Below, one piece after another: positions 37,542-48,138 of a stretch of DNA of 64,000 nucleotides (positions are counted from its first letter, which is position 1; the number at the start of each line of letters is the position of its first letter). The notes under the pieces were generated by a model. That model was given only the letters and a program-made list of their open reading frames with translations. It was not told where the DNA came from and made no database searches. The stretch covers positions 19,034,001 to 19,098,000 of the forward strand of contig JAGIQG010000014.1 in NCBI GenBank assembly GCA_024679065.1, in the 5' to 3' direction. The position numbers and the translations under genes were made by a program. Source of the DNA: Sphyrna mokarran. Taxonomy: Eukaryota.

Positions 37542-38218
37542 ACCATCCCTCCTTGCTGCAATAACTAACTACTTAATTAAAATGCAATGCCTCTTCCTCT
37601 TTTACCCCGTCTCACCTGAAGATTCTTTTTCCTGGAACTTTGAGCTGCCAATCCTGTCCTTCCCTCAACTACATTCTGTGATGGCTACTATATCACAATT
37701 CCATGTGACAATCCTCACCTTTAACTCATCCAGTTTAACTGTAATACTCCAGGCATTAAAATAGAGGTCATCCAGCCTTACCTTACTACCTTGAATTTTA
37801 ATACAACCATATTCCCTCTGACTTGATTACTTTATGTTGTGTCCCAATTCTGCTAACAGCTTGCATCTCCTCCCGCTGCCAAATTAATTTAAACTCCTTG
37901 CAACAATACTAGCAAACAAGCCCACATGGATGTTACTCCTGCTCTGGCTCAGATGTAGACTATCTAGACTACATGTCCTGCCTTCCCCAGCAATAGTTGC
38001 AGTGATCTAAGAATGTGAAACTCTCCCCCTGCACCAACTCTTAAAGCTCGCAATTATCTGCACCATTCTATTCCTTGTTCGCTAGCACATGGCACACAGA
38101 GTAATGCAAAGATTACAAATCGGGGAGTTCTGCTTTTTAGTCTGCTGCCTAGCTCCCTGAATTCTTGACGCAAGACCTTATCCCTCTTTCTATCTATGTC
38201 ATTGGTACCAACATGTAC

Positions 38219-38885
38219 CTGAAAGTAGGCAGTCAAGTGGATAAAGTTGTTAAGAAGGCATATGGAGTCTTAGCTTTTATTGGTAGGGGGATTGAATTTA
38301 GGAGCCGCAGCATCATGTTGCAACTGTACAAAAAACTCTAGTGCGGCCGCACTTGGAGTATTGTGTGCAGTTCTGGTCGCCACATTATAAGAAAGATGTG
38401 GAGGCATTGGAGAGGGTACAGAGGAGGTTTACCAGGATGTTGCCTGGTATGGAGGGCAGGTCCTATGAAGAGAGGTTGAAGGATTTGAGGTTGTTTTCGT
38501 TAGAAAGGAGGCGGCTAAGAGGGGATCTTATTGAAGCATATAAGATGATTAGAGGTTTAGATAGGGTGGACAGTGATAGCCTTTTTCCTAGGATGGAGAA
38601 AGCTAGCACGAGGGGACACAGCTTTAAATTAAGGGGTATGAGTTATAGGACGGATATCAGAGGTAGGTTCTTTACTCAAAGAGTGATTAGGGAGTGGAAT
38701 GCCCTGCCTGCAGCTGTTGTAGATGCGCCAAGTTTGGTGGCGTTTAAGAGGTTAATTGATAAGTATATGGAAGAGAAGGGAATGGTTTAGTTTGGAGGGG
38801 CATTGCTTTTTATTTTGGTCGGCACAACATCGAAGGCCGAAGGGCCTGTTCTGTGCTGTAATGTTCTATGTTCTATGTTCTATGT
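38219..38885 (+). mobile_element. Young CR1 3' fragment inserted into old CR1 ORF1
   Basis: Near-identical to 43840-44505; atgtacc duplicated at 38213-38219 and 38882-38888. Confidence 0.97.
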
Positions 38886-39000
38886 ACCACAGCTTCTGCC
38901 TGATCATTCTCCCTCTTCAAGATGCCCTGCAGTTGTTCAGTGACATACTAGACCCTGGCAACAATGAGGCAGCGCATTATCCAGAATTATGGTGATTATG

Positions 39001-39457
39001 GGCCTTCATGACACACGACAATGCAGAGTCGCTGAGCAGAGACTGATAGCCAAGTTCCGCACACATGAGGACGGTCTTTACAGGGATCTTGGCTTCATGT
39101 CACACTATCTGTAACCCCCATGACTTGACTGGTATAGCAAAAAACCTCACTTACTGTGCTGTCTGGAGAAAATACGCAATTCGCTAACCAATGCTCAGGA
39201 TTCCCTTCACACGCATTGTTAGCCACTTTAACACTTGAATAGCAGGTTAGATGTAAGGATTCACATTCTAACCAGCAATCTGTGACTGTCTGTGTTAATA
39301 TGTGTGCTATTGCAGACCAGAACACTGCATTTGCCTGACGAAGACAAAAGGTCGAAAACTCGCTGATTTACTATCAAATAAATTGGTTGGATTTAAAATT
39401 GGTGTTGTAAAACTTTACTGAGTTTATCCCTGTCCAAAGCCGGCATCTCTACATCAT
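39001..39457 (+). mobile_element. Penelope-like element 3' end
   Basis: Translates GLHDTRQCRVAEQRLIAKFRTHEDGLYRDLGFMSHYL*, typical of the C-terminus of PLE GIY-YIG endonucleases, then the terminal repeat seen at 1130-1220. Confidence 0.85.
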
Positions 39458-39819
39458 CTTTTCCATGTAGGCAGGTTGCCTGTGGTATCAGAAACCTGGT
39501 TCTGTCTGCACTCCCTGGAAGAACCAGTACCCTTATCAGCTTCCAAAGTGGAATACTGATTTGGAGGCAGGACCCTAGAGAACTCTTGAACTACCTGGCT
39601 ATTTTGCTTGAACTGTCTGGTGGTCACCCATTCCCTTCCTTCCTCAAGTTCCTTCAGCTATGGTGTGACCACCTCTCTAAGCATGCTAACTATGATACTC
39701 TCCGGCTCGTAGATGCTCCAGCTTCCCCATCCACAGTCCCAGCTCTGAAACTCAAGCTTTCAGGAACTACAGCTGGAAATACTTCAATCTGAACTCTCGA
39801 TTCTCCTTGCTGTTTAAAT

Positions 39820-40212
39820 AGAACATAGAACATAGAACACTACAGCACAAACAGGCCTTTCAGCCCACAAGTTGTGCTGATCATACCCATACCTACTACG
39901 CCATAAACTACCTGTAACTCCCAATTCCATTTAATCTCATGTATTCATCCAGAAGTCTTTTAAAAGACCCCAGCGAGTTTGCCTCCACCACCACCGACGG
40001 CAGCCGATTCCATTCACTCACCACCCTCTGAGTGAAAAACTTACCTCTAACATCTCCTCTGTACTTGCCGCCCAGCACCTGAAACCTGTGTCCCCTCATA
40101 GTGACCATTTCAGCTCTGGGAAGTAGCCTCCGAGAATCCACTCTATCTATTCCTCTCAACATTTTATAAACCTCTGTCAGGGTCACCTCTCAACCTTCGT
40201 CTCTCCAGGAAG
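39820..40212 (-). mobile_element. CR1 3' fragment (second young family, also 57003-57218)
   Basis: ORF 39908-40186 EVYKMLRGIDRVD...FFTQRVVSEWNRLP; (GTTCTAT)n tail. Confidence 0.93.
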
Positions 40213-40299
40213 AAGACAAATCTGAACTCCAGCTCTCCTTGCTGCTTTAAATCAGAGGGAGCAATTCTGAAATTTGTAATGATACCAAACTGGGGATGT

Positions 40300-40895
40300 A
40301 GATGTCAGAGGCTACGAATACTGTGGCGAGTAATTCACGTTCTGACTTCCCTAAACCTACTCACCATCTACAAGGCACAAGTCAGGAGTGTGATGGAATA
40401 CCTCCATTGCCGGGATGGATGCAGCTCCAACGACGTTTGAAGCTTGACACTATCTAGGATAAAGCAGCTTGCTTTATTGGAACCATATATACAAACATTT
40501 GTTCCCTCCACCAGCGATATTCAGTATTAGCAGTGTGTGCTATCTACAAGATGCATTGCAGCAAATACCAAAGATCCTTAGACAGCACCTTTCAAAACCA
40601 CAATCACTTCCATCTAGAAGGACAAGGGCAACAGATACATTGGAACACCACCATCTGCAAGTTCCCCTACAAGCTATTCACCATCCCAACTTGGAAATTT
40701 TCTGCCATTCTTCTGCAATTGCTGGTCAAAATCCCAAAATTCCCTCCCTAACGGCACTGTGGGTCAATGCACAGCATGTGGACTGCAGCGATTTAAGAAG
40801 GCAGCGCACCACCACCTTCTCAAGGACAACCGCGGATGGACAATAAATGCTGGCCAGCCAGCAATATCCATGTCCCATGAACGAATTTTAAAAAA
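40300..40895 (+). mobile_element. CR1/L2-group LINE 3' fragment
   Basis: Translates LLTIYKAQVRSVMEY; 3' end matches the reverse complement of 11490-12030. Confidence 0.88.
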
Positions 40896-41432
40896 GAAGC
40901 AAATTGTGACAAAGACTTTGAAAGAAACTACGAGGACAGAGATGGGTGAGTAGGATGAACAGACGATTGTTTGATGATTCAAAAATGGCTACTTGTTAGT
41001 CAGAATCTAAAATGCCAGCCTAGATCAGGGACCAGTATTCAAGTACTGTGACGGCTATGCACTAAAATGCTTCCGTCATGTTTCATAAGGTATCATGAAA
41101 TTAAGATTCATAAAACTTTTGGGAAATGCTTAATGTGAAAGTTTAACTCATGTAAAAATGTATTAGTTTGTCAGTGACATGAAATATCCCCATGATTAAA
41201 ACAATGAATGTTTTCATTGGTAAGAACTGACATTAGTTGGGAGGTTACAGTGATATTAATGTGAAAATACTTAATGCATTACTACAATAGTTCTCTGTTC
41301 ACTAGGCTGATGTACAGAATAGCCCACCTATAATAAATGGATAATATCTGTTAAAAATTAATACAGCACAAAGGCGATAAGTCTTGACACATTCACATGG
41401 CAGTTACTGCAAAGTAATGTCTTTCTCTACAA

Positions 41433-41528
41433 GACCTCTACAAGAGAGATGGTCCACACCTGAACGAGAGGGGAACTAATATCTTGGGGGGAAAATTTGC
41501 TAAGGCTACGCAGGGGGCTTTAAACTGA
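41433..41528 (+). pseudogene. C-terminal remnant of CR1 ORF1 (SGNH esterase-like)
   Basis: Translates DLYKRDGPHLNERGTNILGGKFAKATQGALN*; DGxHLN is the esterase DxxH motif of CR1 ORF1. Confidence 0.85.
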
Positions 41529-41640
41529 TTCGGGGGGGGGTGGGATCCTAAGTAGTTGGGGTGCTAAGAGGGATGAGAGTAAAGGGGTCATAGAGGAAAG
41601 CTGTAAAACACAGCAGCGTACGGGTGGGGTAGGGCATGGT

Positions 41641-44409
41641 TTGAAATGCGTATACTTTAATGCAAGCAGTATTCACAATAAGGGGGAGGAACATGCAGCT
41701 TGGACCAGTACCTGGGACTTCGATGTTGTGGCCATTTCAGAGACTTGGGTAGAGCAGGGACAAGAATGGATGTTGCAGGTTCCGGGGTTCAAATGCTTTA
41801 GTCAGAGTAGAGAAAGAGGTAGAAGGGGGGGAGGAGTGGCATTATTAGTCAAAGACTGTATCACAGTGACAGAAAAGATGTTTGATGAGGACTTGTCTGT
41901 TGAGGTAGTATGGGCTGAGATTAGAAACAGGAGAGGAGAGGTCACCCTGTTGGGAGTCTTTTATAGACCTCCTAAAAGTTCTAGAGAGGTTGAGGAAAGG
42001 ATTGCCAAGTCAATTCTGGTCAGGAGTGAAAGTAATAGGGTAAGTGTTATGGGGGACTTTAACTTTACTAATATTGATTGGAATAGCTATAGCTCTAGCT
42101 CGTTAGAGGGGTCAGTTTTTGTACGAAGTGTGCAGGAAGGTTTTTTGACTCAGTATGTAGATAGGCCAACTAGAGGTGAGGCTACATTGGATTTGGTGCT
42201 GGGCAATGAGCCAGACCAGGTGTTAGGCTTGGAAGTTAGTGAACATTTTGGTGATAGTGACCACAATTCGGTTACGTTCACCTTAGTGATGGACAGGGAT
42301 AGGCATGAAGCTGGGGGCTGTAGTTATAGCTGGGGGAAGGGTAATTATGAGGCCATCAGGGGAGAATTAGGGTGCATAGATTGGACTAGGAAACTACAGG
42401 GACTGGGAACATCTGGAATGTGGTGCTTATTCAAGGAGCAGCTGCTGCGAGTCCTTGATAAGTATGTCCCTGTCAGGCAGGGAGGAAATGGTCGAGTAAG
42501 AGAGCCTTGGTGTACGAAAAGAGTTGATTTGCTGGTTAAGAAGAAAAAGGAGGCTTATGTCAGGATGAGGCTTGAAGGCTCAGTTAGTGCAATGGATAGC
42601 TATAGATTAGCCAGGAAGGAGCTAAAAAGTGAATTGAGGAGAGCTAAGAGGGGACACGAGAAGATGTTGGCTGATAGGATTAAGGAGAATCCTAAAGCTT
42701 TCTTTCGATATGTTAAGAATAGAAGATTGGTTAGGGCAAGATTAGGGCCAGTCATAGACAGCAGTGGGAAGTTGTGCGTGGAGCCTGAGGAGATTGGAGA
42801 GGTACTGAATAAATATTTCTCTTCGGTATTCACGCAGGGTGATGTAAATGTAGTTATGGAGAACACTGAGGTACAGGGTAGCAAACTGGAAAGTATCGAA
42901 GTAGATAGGGAGGATGTGCTAGATATTCTCGAGGGTTTGAAGTTGGATAAGTCCCCTGGGCCGGACGGGATTTACCCTAGGATTCTCTGGGAGGCAAGAG
43001 AGGAGATTGCAGAGCCTCTGGCTCTGATCTTCAGGTCGTCGTTGGTTACGGGTGTGGTTCCGGAGGACTGGAGGATAGCGAATGTGGTCCCGTTGTTCAA
43101 GAAGGGTAAGAGAGACCTTCCAGGGAATTATAGGCCAGTGAGTCTTACTTCTGTTGTGGGCAAAGTATTGGAGAGAATTATTAGGGATAGGATTTATAGT
43201 TATTTAGAGAGAAATGAATTGATTGGGGATAGTCAGCATGGTTTTGTGAAGGGTAGGTCGTGCCTTACTAACCTCATTGAGTTTTTTGAAAAAGTGACCA
43301 AAGAGGTGGATGGGGGTAAGGCAGTTGATGTGGTATATATGGACTTTAGTAAGGCGTTTGATAAGGTGGCCCATGGAAGACTTCTGCAGAAAATGCAGAT
43401 GTATGGGATAGAGGGTGATTTAGCTAATTGGGTTAGGAATTGGCTAGCAGATAGAAGACAGAGGGTGGTGGTTGATGGGAGATATTCATCTTGGAGTTCG
43501 GTGACAAGTGGTGTACCTCAGGGGTCTGTTTTGGGGCCCCTGCTGTTTGTAATTTTTATAAATGATCTGGATGAGGGTATTGAAGGATGGATTAGTAAAT
43601 TTGCGGATGACACTAAAGTCGGTGGAGTGGTAGATAGTGAAGAGGGGTGTTATAGTTTGCAGAGAGACTTGGACAAGTTGCAGAGCTGGGCCGAGAGGTG
43701 GCAAATGGAGTTTAATGTGGAAAAGTGTGAGGTAATGCACTTTGGCAGGAATAATAAATGTGTAGAGTATAGGGCTAATGGTAGGATTCTTAATAGTGTT
43801 GATGAACAGAGGGATCTTGGTGTATATGTGCATAGATCCCTGAAAGTAGGCAGTCAAGTCGATAAGGTTGTTAAGAAGGCATATGGAGTCTTAGCTTTTA
43901 TTGGTAGGGGGATTGAATTTCGGAGCCGCAACGTCATGTTGCAACTGTACAAAACTCTAGTGCGGCCGCACTTGGAGTATTGTGTGCAGTTCTGGTCCCC
44001 ACATTATAAGAAAGATGTGGAGGCATTGGAGAGGGTACAGAGGAGGTTTACCAGGATGTTGCCTGGTATGGAGGGCAGGTCTTATGAAGAGAGGCTGAGG
44101 GATTTGAGGTTGTTTTCGTTAGAAAGGAGGCGGCTAAGAGGGGACCTTATCGAAACATATAAGATGATTAGAGGTTTAGATAGGGTGGACAGTGATAGCC
44201 TTTTTCCTAGGATGGAGAAAGCTAGCACGAGGGGACACAGCTTTAAATTAAGGGGTGATAGTTATAGGACGGATATCAGAGGTAGGTTCTTTACCCAAAG
44301 GGTGGTTCGGGAGTGGAATGCCCTGCCTGCAGCAGTTGTAGATGCGCCAAGTTTGGTGGCGTTTAAGAGGTTAGTTGATAAGTATATGGAAGAGAAGGGA
44401 ATGGTTTAG
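41641..44409 (+). CDS. CR1 LINE ORF2: APE-like endonuclease and reverse transcriptase (922 aa; frame open from 41524, true start unknown)
   Basis: EN motifs YFNA, ISETW, YRPP, GDFN, LDL, SDH; RT motifs YRPVSLT, QHGF, DFSKAFD, GVPQGSVLGP, FADD; no internal stops. The track start codon is TTG, not ATG. Confidence 0.95.
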   Translation: MKCVYFNASSIHNKGEEHAAWTSTWDFDVVAISETWVEQGQEWMLQVPGFKCFSQSRERGRRGGGVALLVKDCITVTEKMFDEDLSVEVVWAEIRNRRGEVTLLGVFYRPPKSSREVEERIAKSILVRSESNRVSVMGDFNFTNIDWNSYSSSSLEGSVFVRSVQEGFLTQYVDRPTRGEATLDLVLGNEPDQVLGLEVSEHFGDSDHNSVTFTLVMDRDRHEAGGCSYSWGKGNYEAIRGELGCIDWTRKLQGLGTSGMWCLFKEQLLRVLDKYVPVRQGGNGRVREPWCTKRVDLLVKKKKEAYVRMRLEGSVSAMDSYRLARKELKSELRRAKRGHEKMLADRIKENPKAFFRYVKNRRLVRARLGPVIDSSGKLCVEPEEIGEVLNKYFSSVFTQGDVNVVMENTEVQGSKLESIEVDREDVLDILEGLKLDKSPGPDGIYPRILWEAREEIAEPLALIFRSSLVTGVVPEDWRIANVVPLFKKGKRDLPGNYRPVSLTSVVGKVLERIIRDRIYSYLERNELIGDSQHGFVKGRSCLTNLIEFFEKVTKEVDGGKAVDVVYMDFSKAFDKVAHGRLLQKMQMYGIEGDLANWVRNWLADRRQRVVVDGRYSSWSSVTSGVPQGSVLGPLLFVIFINDLDEGIEGWISKFADDTKVGGVVDSEEGCYSLQRDLDKLQSWAERWQMEFNVEKCEVMHFGRNNKCVEYRANGRILNSVDEQRDLGVYVHRSLKVGSQVDKVVKKAYGVLAFIGRGIEFRSRNVMLQLYKTLVRPHLEYCVQFWSPHYKKDVEALERVQRRFTRMLPGMEGRSYEERLRDLRLFSLERRRLRGDLIETYKMIRGLDRVDSDSLFPRMEKASTRGHSFKLRGDSYRTDIRGRFFTQRVVREWNALPAAVVDAPSLVAFKRLVDKYMEEKGMV

Positions 44410-44889
44410 TTTGGAGGGGCATTGCTTTTTATATTGGTCGGCGCAACATCGAAGGCCGAAGGGCCTGTTCTGTGCTGTAATGTTCTATGTTCTATGTTCT
44501 ATGTTCTCACCAATTGTAATACTTCAAGAAAAACAAAACCATCAATTAAATTTCCTTCTACAGCTTTCTTAGTGCATCTTGATTTGTAGTGAGCGAAGAA
44601 ACAAAATTCACATCAAAACAGCAACAACTCATAGAAATGGAATATATTGTCCGGTGCACAGGAGATGTTTTACGAGAATTTACCAAATCATCAATAATTC
44701 ATAATAAAATGCTCAGTAGTCTGGTTTCAGGTAATATAGAAGGCCACATAGAGATTTTCCCCACAGAAAAGTGGACTTGGTTTTAAGGGTTGGCTTGATT
44801 TTAACTCTGGGCAAATGAATGATTTTTTCATGAGTCAATTACAAGGCAGTCAGATACAATTGCCTTATACATAAGAAATACAATCAAAA

Positions 44890-45020
44890 GGTATTCGGGT
44901 ATGGGGAGAGAACAGGAGTATAATATTGAGATAGAGAATCAGCCACGATCATATTGGAAGGTACAGCAGGTCCCATTGTTCAAGTGGCCTACTCCTGCTC
45001 CTATTTTCTTTGTTTCTATG
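44890..45020 (+). mobile_element. CR1 3' UTR fragment
   Basis: atcagccacgatcatattg...tggcctactcctgctcctattttctttgtttctatg. Confidence 0.7.
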
Positions 45021-45182
45021 TGACAATCCTAACTCCTCACCACCCTCCAAGTGAATAGGGCACAAATATTCTATGGGATTCAACAAAGACTGTGAGCATG
45101 ATCTTATTAGTTATCACTAATGTGTATCAGGGTGGGGGTATTCTAGCAACAGGAAAGGGAGACGTCAGCCAATTAGTGGCAT

Positions 45183-45465
45183 GGGTGCCACAGTGGTTAG
45201 CACTGCTGCCTCACAGCACCAGAGACCCAGGTTCAATTCTGGCCTCGTGTCACTGTCTACGTGGAGTTTGCACCTTCTCCGAGTGTCTGTGTGGATTTCC
45301 TCCAGGTGCTCTGGTTTCCTCCGACAATCTAAAGATGTGTGAGCTAGGTTGATTGGCTATGCTAAAATGGCCCTTAATGTTAGGGTCATTAAAAGAGGTT
45401 ATGAGATTGAGCCCTGGGTGGGATTGTTGTCGGTGCAGGCTTGATGGGCCAAATGGCCTCCTTCA
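45183..45465 (+). mobile_element. HE1-type V-SINE
   Basis: cacagtggttagcactgctgcctcacagcaccagagacccaggttcaattc head plus V domain and gatgggccaaatggcctcc tail. Confidence 0.9.
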
Positions 45466-45769
45466 CCGAGAATGAATCAGATTGGTATCCTCCCAGATCC
45501 TCTTTACTGATAGGACAGGCTTCATGCCCAGGAATTATGCTTGAGGCCTGATATTGAGATTAATAACAAACCAAGAGTGTCAGTGGTAGTAAACTAACAG
45601 GATCAGTTTATTAACACATCTTTATCCTGGCACAGCCAGCGCAAGACTGGCTAAACAAGATCTACACGGGACGGAACTTGAATCCCGGGTCACCTAACCC
45701 CTTCTCTTAAAGAGGCATGACCCAACATAATACAGATGTGAAGCCTATCAACATAAAAATTACAAAATC

Positions 45770-46570
45770 TAAAAGTACTTACCTAGTTCGGCACAGCTGT
45801 TTTCACCATCTCAGATTCTTCCAACCTTGGCAGCATGACATCACGCTGATGACAGTCACTATTGCCAGAGACCAGGTGTCATGGCCACACCAGGAAGATT
45901 GGAGGCTATTGAAACTTCCAGGTGGTAGGAGCATGGATGGGCAGTGCCCATTGGACAGTGTCCGCCTGGCAGTGCCCATCTGGCACCCTGCCACTGCACA
46001 CCTGGCATAGCTTACCTGGCACCCTGTCAGTGTCGTTGGGCAGCAGAAGTATGCCATGCCGTATGTCAAGGTGGTTGTGCCTATGTGGGACTGGCATTCT
46101 GATGGAAGGTATGAACAACGATGGGGACCTATCCAGGAAGGGATCTGCAAGGGGAGGGGGTAGAGTGGTCAGCATGGGAGGGTTCTCCAAGCGGGGTGGG
46201 GAGAGGGTGGTCACGCAGTGTACAGAGGGGTCACGCAAGGAAGGGTCATGGAGTGCGTTATGACAGAGAATAAAATGTCAGGGGTCTACCAAGGGATTCA
46301 TTGGATGGGTCCTTATGCTCTGATGCCAGCGACCTACATTAGTGTGGGATGACAATACCATTCGTGATGGGGGTGGTAGCACTGTGGAGTGGGGCTGGGG
46401 GAGATGTGGAAGACTCCCAGTTCAGGAAGAGATCCAGGGCACCCTCCACAATGGCATCCATGTGCTCTGAAGCAGGCTTCCCCAGCATACTTCCACCCCC
46501 CCAAGCCCCTGCCGACACAAAGCTCCCGGCCGTCAGAAAAACTGACAGAATGCTGGAAGATTGCAGTGCT
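45770..46570. mobile_element. GC-richer non-autonomous DNA-transposon-like repeat
   Basis: Degenerate gggcagtgccc/ctggcac units and a TIR-like end cgtcagaaaaactgac...ggaagattgc; assignment by resemblance only. Confidence 0.4.
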
Positions 46571-47059
46571 GAGCTCACCCAAACGATCAATGTGAAACAC
46601 TCCTATGAAATTCTGCCTATTTGTTCTTTTTTTTCAGAGGAACTGAAAATAGCTTGCTTCACCTCACAGTAAGACCTTTGTAATGACTCTGACATATAAG
46701 AGTTAAAGGCATTTGATATCAGAAACCAAGTGGCAATCCAATGACCATTGTTTAATTCAAGGGAAATATTGATATTAAAGCACTGACTTCAGGAAAAGGT
46801 GTTTTATGAACTTTCAGTGTTTTTATTGGTCTGCCAAGACCACAACACAATGATCCCCACTGGTGTTGAACACATCATTATTATAGCATTAATACCTGAG
46901 TCATCAGTGACGCATAAAGCTCCTTTAGTGTTTCAATGCCAAAAGGTCTCACTTTTGCTGATTGTACTATGCTAACTTACCAGGTGATGTTTGAATTCAT
47001 GAGCCCTGGATCAGGAAGGGTCAAAGCTAAAACATATTATGGGCAGATTGTCAAATGGA

Positions 47060-47712
47060 GCCATGCCATGGGCACCTATCTGCCCACTGCCAACCCCATC
47101 ACAATTTTCCTAGCCATCAGGGAGGAGTTGGGCAGACCACACAGCAATAGGCTAATTGAGGTCCATAAGTAACCAATTAATTCCTACTTAAGAATTTTCT
47201 CCTGCCAATATTGAGTTTCAAACTGTGGTGGGCGCGCAGCATTTTAGGAATCAAGCTAGTGGTGGAGAAAGGGATGGGTTGTGGAGTTCCTTCTTTATTA
47301 GGTCCTGTGCCGTTATTCGGTTACCTCCAACGTCTTCTCATTTTTCTCCCTCCCTGCCCTGTCCACTCCAGTTCTCACCACTTTCCTCACCGTGGCCTGT
47401 CAGCCTGGCCCCAGTAATACTACTGCCTTACTTACCTTCACATCCAGCACCAATGATGCAGTTCTAGAAGTGGCCATTAACCCCTAGTGGCACTACTGGA
47501 ACCATACATCTGTTCAGCTATTTAATTAACCAATTGATTGGGTGGAGAAGGAAGACTCACTCTGAATTGGCTAATGGCCCAATGGGCAAAAAGTAGCTCC
47601 GAGAGGAGCCAGCAAAGGGAAGGCTCCTAACTTTTACTCCAGGGTTGATGATGCAACTACTCTCTTCTCCCCTGCCCTCGACCCAGCCACTTCTTGTAAA
47701 ATCCAACTCCAT
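47060..47712. mobile_element. Degenerate non-autonomous DNA-transposon-like repeat
   Basis: aattgaggtccataagtaaccaattaat, a second ttaattaaccaattga motif and a gtaaaatcca end like the other MITE termini. Confidence 0.4.
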
Positions 47713-48073
47713 AACTCCAAGCAGTTACATTATTACTGCAATCATCTGAAAAAGAGTGTAATTATGCATCACCCCCTCTCTTTTCCCTTGTACTCTCCAA
47801 ATTCTACCCTAAAACCTCCAGTTCTCCACCTTATATCTCCCCTTTGATAATGGTTTTGGTAAAGCCTTCTAATTTCTCCTTTGGCTTGACACCCACTTTT
47901 GTGAGTTTACAACTCTGTGAAGGGCCCTTTGATACCTTTCCAGATGAAAGGTGGTACATAAATACATGTAGTTTTTATTGTTGGGAGCTTAACAGATAGA
48001 AAGGGGAATAAGGTTTAATATTCCTGTAGTAGCGATAATGCATACATGACTCAAAGAATAGAAATATTGAGTT

Positions 48074-48138
48074 GTTTGAAACTCAATATTGGTAGGAGAA
48101 AATTCTTAAGTAGGAATTAATTGGTTACTTATGGACCT
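48074..48138 (-). repeat. 65 bp inverted copy of 47159-47223
   Basis: Reverse complement matches with one mismatch. Confidence 0.96.

Larger units (their letters stand above)
35130..39800 (-). mobile_element. Old near-full-length CR1 LINE (ORF1 esterase and ORF2, both decayed) with nested insertions
   Basis: ORF2 peptides VGKLLEKILKERIY, FRKAFDK; ORF1 SGNH-esterase motif VHVGTNDI (split at 38219/38888); ORF1 end FASIVARSLN* at about 37884-37916. Confidence 0.88.
41433..44507 (+). mobile_element. Young CR1 (HER1-like) LINE, 5'-truncated within ORF1, ORF2 intact
   Basis: ORF1 C-terminus, full ORF2, 3' UTR hairpin gaaggccgaagggcctgttc and (GTTCTAT)n tail. Confidence 0.98.

Noticed and set aside
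45508-45735. Possible solo LTR
   Set aside because: LTR-like composition, but I could not define matching termini with a target-site duplication.
45717-46672. Cluster of overlapping 100-115 aa ORFs in GC-richer DNA
   Set aside because: No recognisable domain; ORFs on both strands reflect GC content of a probable DNA-transposon-derived repeat.
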